The position numbers were made by a program, and so were the translations under genes. Shown here piece after piece: positions 24,865-32,104 of a stretch of DNA of 34,488 nt (position 1 is the stretch's first letter; every line of letters begins with the position of its first letter). Source of the DNA: an uncultured Myxococcales bacterium (GTDB lineage: Bacteria > Myxococcota > Kuafuiibacteriia > Kuafuiibacteriales > Kuafuiibacteriaceae); the NCBI GenBank assembly GCA_964463485.1, contig CAYXDO010000117.1, positions 1 to 34,488 on the forward strand, in the 5' to 3' direction. The notes beneath the pieces are model-generated. The model saw only the letters and a list, made by a program, of their open reading frames with translations. It searched no databases and was not told where the DNA came from.

Positions 24865-25160
24865 CGTCAAGTGGCCGCAGGCGCGATGGTCGCTCCCTGG
24901 GGTTCCGCGTTGAGTAGCGCAGGTCCCAGGGGCCCGGCCGCTCCAGGGGTCCAGCAGCAAGTAGCCGCGGGCGAGATGCGGACCCAGGGGTCCGGCCGCT
25001 CGCAGGGGTTCAGCACCAAGCAGCCGCGGGCGAGTTGCTTGGGGTTCAGCGTTGAGTAGCCGCAGGCAAGATGCCTGCGGTCCCAGGGGTCGCTCCGGGG
25101 TCGCTCCTTGGGGTTCAGCGTTGAGTAGCCGCAGGCAAGATGCCTGCGGTCCCAGGCTTC
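24865..25160. repeat. Array of ~5 degenerate 60–75-bp repeats, each with a GC-rich hairpin (REP/terminator-like), between convergent genes
   Basis: The modules caag(t/c)(g/a)gccgc(a/g)ggcg... recur. Two near-identical copies of ggggttcagcgttgagtagccgcaggcaagatgcctgcggtcccagg are present (~25033 and ~25108). Hairpin: ccgcaggca-aga-tgcctgcgg (9-bp stem). Confidence 0.65.
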
Positions 25161-25695
25161 AGTCGGCTAGGCGCGCGTCGGCCGGCGATCTCGTTTGAGC
25201 TGCAACGAAAGTGCGGAGTTTGCCGTCGCGAAGGCCGGCGAGCTCGAAGGCCGTGGCCAGCACCCGACATGCCTGTTCAGTGATTCCGGGCGCACCGCTC
25301 TCGCGAGGACCCGCCACGTTCAAGATCCGTGGCTTCGACTGGTGAAGCCAGGACGCAATTTTTTCGGCGACGACAGCCTCGCCGTAATCGAGATCGGCGA
25401 TGAGGACGGGGCGTCGAATCGATTGAGCGACCTCGACGGTGAAGCGCGTGCCGCCGGTGGGTGCGCCTCGGGTCACGACCAGGGTCGCGCTGCTCCCCTC
25501 GACGTTGCGCTGAGTTCGAACGTGGTATTCCGGCGATTTTGTCTCGGACAGCGGGTATTTGGCGGGAATGGTCCCGTCCTCGGCGAGGCGACCTTTCGGG
25601 CACCAACCGCCGCAGTCCAGGCCAAACGTGAGTGCCACGTCGAGCGCGGCGCGATCCACCCCCGTTTGCCCCCCTGAAACTACTTTGAAACGCAT
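25159..25695 (-). CDS. SLOG-superfamily / putative molybdenum-cofactor-carrier-like (YpsA/LOG-like) protein
   Basis: ATG at 25695 with a GGGGGA Shine-Dalgarno ~10 nt upstream. Family motif: KVVSGGQTGVDRAALDVALTFGLDCGGWCPKGRLAEDGTIPAKYPLSETKSPEYHVRTQRNVEGS. The ORF track starts 10 codons further upstream. Confidence 0.7.
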   Translation of the reverse strand: MRFKVVSGGQTGVDRAALDVALTFGLDCGGWCPKGRLAEDGTIPAKYPLSETKSPEYHVRTQRNVEGSSATLVVTRGAPTGGTRFTVEVAQSIRRPVLIADLDYGEAVVAEKIASWLHQSKPRILNVAGPRESGAPGITEQACRVLATAFELAGLRDGKLRTFVAAQTRSPADARLAD

Positions 25696-25804
25696 CTCAT
25701 CAATTCCCCCGGGCGTGAACACCACACCCGCAGCGATCGGCGTACTCCAACCAGGGGACTCGGTCTATGTTTTTCGGCAATTTTGTCGGTCGGTCGAAAG
25801 GAGG

Positions 25805-25869
25805 ATCTCGGCGAGCGTCTGCTCAGTGCGTCTGCTCAATGCGTCTGCTCAATGCGTCTGCTCAATGCG
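25805..25869. repeat. Perfect tandem 13-mer x5 (gcgtctgctcaat; first unit ...cagt) in the promoter region of the SLOG gene
   Basis: gcgtctgctcagt gcgtctgctcaat x4, read directly. It lies 110–175 bp upstream of the 25695 start on the gene's strand and immediately downstream of the pseudokinase-like gene's stop. Confidence 0.9.
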
Positions 25870-25874
25870 TCTGC

Positions 25875-26909
25875 TCAATGCTTTGAAACCAGCACCAACA
25901 GCAGCGCGGTCAGAAAGCCAGCCAGGAACCACAAAAGCCCGTCGAGCCGAGGCCTCGATCGCTCGGGAGGCAACGGTGTGGGGGCTGGCGACGCGAAGAG
26001 GTCCGGCAAAGAGCTCGGATCGACGAATTTGGGGGCGGTCGGCTCCCCAGCCGGCGCATCTTTTGCGGGCTCTTTCCGAGAGATCACCACCGGCCCTCCG
26101 AGCCACCCTGCGTGGATGGGCGGGGTGATGGCGGAGAGTCGGCCGGAATCCCGGTCGTCGTCGGCCAGCGGTTGAGGCACGACGGGCAGCGCGCGGGCGT
26201 CCAGGGCGCCGGTGAAGCTGCTCGGGATCGCCGTAGCGAGGAGCTTTGGGGCGGAGCGAGGGGGCGCTCGGACGAGCTCGGCCAGCACGGAGGCGACCTT
26301 TGCCGGATCGGCCCCGAGCTCCTTGAAGAACAGGGCTCCCAGCTTCGCGTCGAGGGCGTCGAGGTCGGCGACGGCGTCGGCAGGGATCGCGCCCGGCAAG
26401 AGCTCACGCGCGAGCTCGAGCAGCTGCTGAGCTTCGCTCGTGGGTCGAGCGTTGGTGGGCTCGAGACTCTCGAGCCCGAGCCCGATCAGCACGACTTCGC
26501 CGCGAGCGGTGATCAAGACGCGGGAGGCGCGCACCGAAAATTCGGCGCCTCGAAAGGCTCTGGTCTCGATGAGAGTTCGCGCGATCTCGCGCAGGACGTG
26601 GATCGCGGGCACTCTCGCCAGCGCACCGAGGCTCGACAGTAGGACCGCCTCGGCGTGTTCGAAGACGACGAAGTGTGCCTCGGCGTCGCTCACGAGCTCG
26701 AGGACTGGGAGCACGCCTGGGTGCAGCAGCTCCGCGGCGAGCTGTACGGCCGCGCGGGCCTGATCTGGATTTGCGGCGGCGCCGAGGCGAATGCAGATCG
26801 TGGGTTGGGAGAAGCGGCGTGCGCGGAGGATCGAGCCCAACGGATCCTCAGCGAGGGTCTCTTCTGGTTCGAAAACCTTGGGAGGGCCCGAGGTCGCCAC
26901 GAGCTCCAT
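25875..26909 (-). CDS. Hypothetical membrane-anchored protein with a degenerate protein-kinase-like fold (putative pseudokinase)
   Basis: ATG at 26909. Kinase-like order without the catalytic residues: G-loop-like DPLGSILRAR, beta3 ICIRL (Arg where Lys is expected), alphaC LAAELLHPGVLP, hinge HFVVFEHAEAVLLSSL, catalytic-loop position FSVRASRVLITARGEVVL (no HRD-K-N), and GLGL in place of DFG. C-terminal TM helix LLWFLAGFLTALLLVLV. The fold assignment is inference. Confidence 0.45.
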   Translation of the reverse strand: MELVATSGPPKVFEPEETLAEDPLGSILRARRFSQPTICIRLGAAANPDQARAAVQLAAELLHPGVLPVLELVSDAEAHFVVFEHAEAVLLSSLGALARVPAIHVLREIARTLIETRAFRGAEFSVRASRVLITARGEVVLIGLGLESLEPTNARPTSEAQQLLELARELLPGAIPADAVADLDALDAKLGALFFKELGADPAKVASVLAELVRAPPRSAPKLLATAIPSSFTGALDARALPVVPQPLADDDRDSGRLSAITPPIHAGWLGGPVVISRKEPAKDAPAGEPTAPKFVDPSSLPDLFASPAPTPLPPERSRPRLDGLLWFLAGFLTALLLVLVSKH

Positions 26910-26990
26910 CGCGGGATTTCAATAGCTCGGTTTCGGGCGTCGAATCCAGTCGCGGGAGTGACGGGCCGGCGAATTTCGCGAGAGCGCGAG

Positions 26991-28895
26991 CTACTTCGCG
27001 ATTTGTTCGAGGGCGGGGTCGGCGAGCTTTTTGAGCAAGCGATCGCCGGTCGTGGTGATTTCTTCGTGGAGCGCGCGCGAGCGGGGCTCGACGCGCTCGA
27101 GGAATCGCTCGAGCAACTCGGCGCGCTCGGGGAAGCGATTGCTTTGGGCGAGTAGGATTTCAGCGGCCGCTGCGTCGAACAGGAGCTTCGTGAGTCGAGC
27201 CGCGTGGAGCATCGCGAAGGCGAAGTCGCGCTTGGGATCCCACCCCGAGGTGATCAATTTGCTCCACTCGGACACGGGCTCACCGACCATGACCTTCACG
27301 CGATCTTTTGCGGTGCGTTGAAGCAGGTGCTGTTGAGCGGCGCAGGCGAGCGCGCGGACCTTGGCGACGCGTCGTTCGAGTGGGTTGCGCGCGGACATCG
27401 AGCGCCAGCGCGCTTGTGCCGATTTGGTGACGAAGTCTTGGGGCGACTTGAGCATGGCGCTGAGGTTGTCCTTCATCGCCATCAGGGCTTGGATTTGGCT
27501 CGTGCCCTCGTAGATCGGCATGACGAGCGCGTCTCGGAGCAGCTTTTCGGCCGGATACTCGGTCGTGTAGCCGTTGCCTCCGTGGATTTGCAGACAGCGA
27601 CGTGTGATCTCCACGGCCTTTTCGGAGGCTTGAAACTTCAAGAGCGGAGTGAGGAAGCGCGAACGACGCTTGTGGGCGTCGGCTTCGTTCAAGAGTCGTT
27701 GCCGCTCTAAGCTGTTGGCATCGTGTACGTACTCGGCGACGGTTCGCTTGCGCAGCGCGAGCTCCTCCTCGATGGCCGCTTCCATGGCGAGCGCTCGCAG
27801 GGCCTGGATCTCCGTCTCCATTTCGTCGAGGTCGTCTGCGATCATCTCGTGGCGATCGATGCTCTTGCCCATCGATGGGCGCTCGGAGGCGTAAGCCCGG
27901 GCGGCGCGCACGGCGGCTTCGGAGAGGCCGATGGCTTCGAAGCCCACCGCGAGGCGAGCTCCGTTCATCATCATGAGCATCTGCCGAAAGCCTTCTCCGC
28001 GTTGGCCGAGAAGCTCGCCAGGGGAGCGATCGAAGGTGATGGCGCAGGTCGCGGACGCGTGCATGCCCAGCTTCTCTTCGATGCGATCGACCGCGACGAA
28101 ACGCTTTCGGCCTTCTGGCGTGTCTTTGTACGCAGGGACCAAGAAGAGCGACAGCCCGGCGAGGCCCGCCGACTTGCCTTCGTTCGGCTCCGTTCGTGCA
28201 ACTACGAAGTGATATTTGCCGTGTCCCGACGTGATGAAGATCTTTTCTCCGGAGATCAGCCATACTCCGTCCACGAGCTCGGCCTTGGTGCGCAAGGCCG
28301 CCATGTCGCTGCCGGCGTTTGGCTCGGTGATATCCATCGAGCCCCAGGCCTCGCCGCGAGCGATTTCGAGGATGGCGTCTTTGAAGCGAGTGTCTTCGAT
28401 TTTTCCGGTCTCGCGGGAGTACCGCGTGGAGCCTTCTCCGAGTGAGTAGAGGATCATGGCGAGGGCCATGTTCCCGTGGAATCCGAGGTGAGCCATGACG
28501 CTGACGTCCGCGCGTGCGAAGAGCTCGGTCACGATCATGGAGATGAACAGGGGTTGGTTGAGGCCTTCGAGCTCGCGCGGGAGGCCCATCGCGTGGATGC
28601 CGAGCTCTTTGATGCGGTCGAAGATCTGTTTCATCTGCTCGGAGGGAACGACATCGCCGTTGGCGAATCGCGGCGGGTTGCGATCGAGGTCGCGGCTCTT
28701 GGGGGCGACCTCTTCGGCAACGAATTGACCCACTAGGCCGAGGACGTCTCGATACGACTCGACCGCCTCCGCGGCGTTGCTCGGGCCGTCGGGATCGCGG
28801 AATTCGAGCTCCACGTAGGAAGCGAGCGTAGTCAGATCCAGGCCGCGTTCGAGGTAGAATCGGAGATCATCGTTGTCGGACAGAAAGCTGGCCAT
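26991..28895 (-). CDS. Acyl-CoA dehydrogenase, long FadE-like form with a C-terminal extension
   Basis: ATG at 28895. ACAD N, middle and C domains: GSDMAALRTKAELVDGVWLISGEKIFITSGHG; QIHGGNGYTTEYPAEKLLRDALVMPIYEGTSQIQALMAMK; plus a ~180-aa C-terminal domain as in FadE/AidB-like enzymes. Confidence 0.9.
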   Translation of the reverse strand: MASFLSDNDDLRFYLERGLDLTTLASYVELEFRDPDGPSNAAEAVESYRDVLGLVGQFVAEEVAPKSRDLDRNPPRFANGDVVPSEQMKQIFDRIKELGIHAMGLPRELEGLNQPLFISMIVTELFARADVSVMAHLGFHGNMALAMILYSLGEGSTRYSRETGKIEDTRFKDAILEIARGEAWGSMDITEPNAGSDMAALRTKAELVDGVWLISGEKIFITSGHGKYHFVVARTEPNEGKSAGLAGLSLFLVPAYKDTPEGRKRFVAVDRIEEKLGMHASATCAITFDRSPGELLGQRGEGFRQMLMMMNGARLAVGFEAIGLSEAAVRAARAYASERPSMGKSIDRHEMIADDLDEMETEIQALRALAMEAAIEEELALRKRTVAEYVHDANSLERQRLLNEADAHKRRSRFLTPLLKFQASEKAVEITRRCLQIHGGNGYTTEYPAEKLLRDALVMPIYEGTSQIQALMAMKDNLSAMLKSPQDFVTKSAQARWRSMSARNPLERRVAKVRALACAAQQHLLQRTAKDRVKVMVGEPVSEWSKLITSGWDPKRDFAFAMLHAARLTKLLFDAAAAEILLAQSNRFPERAELLERFLERVEPRSRALHEEITTTGDRLLKKLADPALEQIAK

Positions 28896-29142
28896 CCGGC
28901 CGAGCTACGCGAGAGGGACGACTTAGGCAATCCGTGCAAGGTCGGAATTCGGCCGGGAGCACGCGACTCCCGCGACTTCGCGGTCCGCTTGCCCATTTCG
29001 GCGCAGCGAGGATACTTGGTGGGCGGCCGATGTCGAAGCCAAGGCGCATGTCCGTGACTCGCCCAAACTCCTCGTTGGAGATCGGCGTTGGTATTTCGGC
29101 GCGGACGAAGTTTGAGCACCAACTTCATTCGCCGTTGTCGCA

Positions 29143-30783
29143 TTGACGGGTGTGGCCGTGAGGAAGCTGCGATTTTGGTGCTCGTTGCTGTTGGCCTCGG
29201 GTTGTTTGGCCGAAGGGCAGGACGCCAACCCTCGGATGGTCGAGCCCCCGGCGCCCGCGCCTGTGTGTGTACAGGGTGCCGTCTCGCTCGAGTCGAGCCC
29301 ATCTCGACTGCTGACCACGTTCGAGTACGACAACACGATCGCGACGTTGTTCGGGGACGCGACTTTGCCGCGCGCGGCCTTTCCAGCGGAGAACCGCACG
29401 TTCGGGCTCGACAACGACGCCCGTAATCACTCCGTCAGCCCGCTGCTCGTGGACCAGCAAGTTCAAGCGGCAGAAGCCATTGCGAGCGCGGTGGTCGCTC
29501 TAGGGAAGCTGGAGGTCTTCGGGTGCCCGCCGGCCGAGATGAACCAAGCGTGCCTTGCCGGGTTCTTGGAGTCATTTCTGACGCGAGCGTTCAGACGCCC
29601 GCCGACACCGGAGGAAACTCGCGTTTTTTTGGATCTCTACGCGATGGGAGAGTCTGCCGAGGACAGCCTCGAGCTCGTGATTCAGGCCGCGCTGATTTCT
29701 CCTCAATTCTTGTATCGCATCGAGCCTGCGGCGGCGGTCGACGCCGACGTCTACGTGCCCGCCGACGCCTACGAGCTCGCGACTCGGCTCTCCTACTTCG
29801 TCACTGGCTCCATGCCCGACAGGCCGCTCCTCGCCAAGGCCAAGTCGAAGGAGCTGCTCTCCGACGAAGTGTTGGCCTCCGAGGCGCGCCGCCTCTTTCG
29901 AACGCTCGGAGCTCGCTCGACGGTGCGACATTTCGCCGAGTTGTGGCTCGGCGTGGACGAGCTCTCGCGGTCGGTGAAGGACGCCTCCACGTTCCCCGAG
30001 TGGGACCCTGCGATGAGATCACTCCTGCGGACCTCGATGGGTTCGTTCGTCGAGGACGTCGTCTTCCGGGTCGGGACCTTCGAAGGTCTGATGACCGATC
30101 GGGGCCTTTGGTTGAACGCGATGTTGGCGCCTGTCTATGGGTTCGAGGCGCCGACGCGGGCTGGTTTCTTCCGCTTCGAGGCCCCTCGCGAGCAGCGGGC
30201 AGGCATTCTTACTCAGCCCGCACTCATGACTCGATATTCTCTTCCGAGTCAGACTTCGCCGATCCAGCGCGGCGTGTTCGTGCTCGATGCCATCTTGTGC
30301 GACCCCGCGGAGCCTCCTCCCCCTGTCGCGGTCGTACCGCCGGACCCCGACCCGCGTGCGAGCACGCGAGAGCGATTTCGGCAGCACACCGCGAACGCGG
30401 CTTGCGCTCGCTGTCATGTGCGGATCGACCCGGTGGGTTTCGGGTTCGAGGCTTTCGACGGGATTGGGCGGTTTCGGGCGATGGAGAACGGAGCTCCGGT
30501 CGACGCGAGCGGCTCGATCGTAGAGGTGAGAGAGGACGCCATCGAGGGTGAGTTCGACGGGGCGGTGGAGCTCGCCGGCCGACTCGCTCATAGCCGTCAG
30601 GCGGCCTCGTGTTTCGCGACCCGTTGGTTCAGGTACGCCATCGGCCGGGTGGAGGGGCGGAAGGACTTCTGCAGCCTCGAGAACGTCAAGGCAGCGTTCG
30701 TGGACTCGGGGGGTCGATTCGAAGAGCTCGTAGTGTCGATCGTTCTGTCCGACGTTTTTCGGTTGAAGGCCAAGGGGGACTGA
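29143..30783 (+). CDS. DUF1592/DUF1588/DUF1595-family protein (PSD1 / planctomycete cytochrome-c-like family), lipoprotein
   Basis: The N-terminus has start candidates TTG 29143, GTG 29152 and GTG 29158, the last giving the signal MRKLRFWCSLLLASGC. Family-typical regions: …ETRVFLDLYAMGE…LISPQFLYRIE…LATRLSYFVTGSMPD…; Cys pair near the C-terminus (CARCHVRIDPVGFGFEAFDGIGRFR). The gene immediately precedes a DUF1552 gene, the usual pairing. Confidence 0.7.
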   Translation: MTGVAVRKLRFWCSLLLASGCLAEGQDANPRMVEPPAPAPVCVQGAVSLESSPSRLLTTFEYDNTIATLFGDATLPRAAFPAENRTFGLDNDARNHSVSPLLVDQQVQAAEAIASAVVALGKLEVFGCPPAEMNQACLAGFLESFLTRAFRRPPTPEETRVFLDLYAMGESAEDSLELVIQAALISPQFLYRIEPAAAVDADVYVPADAYELATRLSYFVTGSMPDRPLLAKAKSKELLSDEVLASEARRLFRTLGARSTVRHFAELWLGVDELSRSVKDASTFPEWDPAMRSLLRTSMGSFVEDVVFRVGTFEGLMTDRGLWLNAMLAPVYGFEAPTRAGFFRFEAPREQRAGILTQPALMTRYSLPSQTSPIQRGVFVLDAILCDPAEPPPPVAVVPPDPDPRASTRERFRQHTANAACARCHVRIDPVGFGFEAFDGIGRFRAMENGAPVDASGSIVEVREDAIEGEFDGAVELAGRLAHSRQAASCFATRWFRYAIGRVEGRKDFCSLENVKAAFVDSGGRFEELVVSIVLSDVFRLKAKGD

Positions 30784-30784
30784 G

Positions 30785-32104
30785 ATGGACCGAAGGAGCT
30801 TTCTTCGATCGATCGGTGGGCTCGCCGCTTCCGTGCCGTTGCTGTCTTCTTTGCGGGCTGCGAACGCGGGGGACCTTGTTTTTCCGCCGCGATTCGTCGT
30901 GTTTTTCCATCCGAACGGCACGATGCCAGGGGACTGGTGGCCCAAGCGGGCCGAGAGCGAGACTGACTTCGATCTGAATGTCATCCACGAGCCGCTCCAG
31001 CCGTTCAAGGACAAGCTCGTCTTGTTCCGTGGGATCGATCTCGCGGCGGGGAACGCCGGCCCTGGGGAGCCACACCAAAAAGGGATGGGTTCGCTGCTCA
31101 CGGGACGCGAGTTGCTCGAGGGCGAGTTCATCGGCGGCGACGGTTCGCTCGCTGGATGGGGAAGCGGAATTTCGGTCGACCAGGAGATCGCCAATCTCAT
31201 CAGCGGGCAGACGGCGAGGAAGAGCCTCGAGCTCGGCGTACGCGCGACCTCGGCGGAGGTGCGGGCGCGGATTTCTTATCTCGGCTCTTCGCGTCCTCTC
31301 CCGCCGCAAAACGACCCTACTCAGCTGTTCGAAGGGATGTTCAGTGATTTCAGCCGGCCGCAATCGGAGAACGAGCGGCACTGGGCCCGCCGAAGATCGG
31401 TGTTGGACGCGGCGACCAAGCAGATCGGTTTGATGATGCCCAAGCTGTCGAGTGAGGACCGGACGAAGCTCGGCCAACACCTGGAGCTCGTGGAGCAGGT
31501 GGAGCGACGGCTTCGTCCGGGCGCGGCCTCTTGCGAGGTCCCGGGCCGACCGGCGACGCTCGACCCGGACTCCGAAGAGACGATGCCGGCGGTGATGGAC
31601 TCCCAGATCGAGCTGCTCGTGATGGCGTTGGCCTGTGATCTCACGAGGGTTGCCTCTCTGCAGGTCTCGAACGCTCAGAATCAGATTCGATATCCTTGGC
31701 TCGACAGCGAAGGCGTCGGTCACTCGTTGTCGCACTCTGGTCCGAGCGATGTGAATGCTCACGACGAGTGGGTCAGGCGCGACACGTGGCTCGCCGGTCG
31801 GCTCGCGCACATGATGACGCTGATGAGCCAGATCCCGGAGGGCGACGGGACCTTGCTCGACCACACGCTGATTTTCTGGGGCAACGAGCTCTCGGTGGGC
31901 AATACTCACTCCCAGACGAACATGCCTTTTTTGCTGGCGGGAGGGGGATCCGGGCGGATCAACACGGGACGTTACCTTCAGCTGTCGACGGCGCGGCCCC
32001 ACAACGACCTCTTGGTGACGCTGCTACAGGCGTTTGGGAGCGAGGCCACGCAGTTCGGGAATCGCAATTTCAACACCGGATTGATCCCCGGATTGCTCAA
32101 GTGA
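30785..32104 (+). CDS. DUF1552-family protein with a twin-arginine (Tat) signal
   Basis: ATG at 30785, 1 bp after the upstream stop. Tat motif MDRRSFLRSIGGLAA. Family motifs FVVFFHPNGTMP, RGIDLAAGNAG…HQKGMGSLLTG, GVGHSLSHSG, FWGNELSVGNTHS. Confidence 0.8.
   Translation: MDRRSFLRSIGGLAASVPLLSSLRAANAGDLVFPPRFVVFFHPNGTMPGDWWPKRAESETDFDLNVIHEPLQPFKDKLVLFRGIDLAAGNAGPGEPHQKGMGSLLTGRELLEGEFIGGDGSLAGWGSGISVDQEIANLISGQTARKSLELGVRATSAEVRARISYLGSSRPLPPQNDPTQLFEGMFSDFSRPQSENERHWARRRSVLDAATKQIGLMMPKLSSEDRTKLGQHLELVEQVERRLRPGAASCEVPGRPATLDPDSEETMPAVMDSQIELLVMALACDLTRVASLQVSNAQNQIRYPWLDSEGVGHSLSHSGPSDVNAHDEWVRRDTWLAGRLAHMMTLMSQIPEGDGTLLDHTLIFWGNELSVGNTHSQTNMPFLLAGGGSGRINTGRYLQLSTARPHNDLLVTLLQAFGSEATQFGNRNFNTGLIPGLLK

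Noticed and set aside
23480-24960. Large Arg/Pro-rich ORFs (290 aa and 354 aa, minus strand) across the OmpA-like gene region
   Set aside because: They are compositionally nonsense (RRAPRSRRP...) and antisense to the OmpA-domain frame, which has recognisable family motifs.
27280-28263. 327-aa minus-strand ORF inside the acyl-CoA dehydrogenase gene
   Set aside because: It is an alternative frame of a gene with unmistakable ACAD motifs, and the translation is Arg-rich low complexity.
31696-32100. 5' extension of the GH92 ORF (MARQRRRRSLVV...)
   Set aside because: It overlaps the well-supported DUF1552 gene in another frame and is Arg-rich. The GTG at 32101 gives a signal-peptide N-terminus right at the upstream stop.
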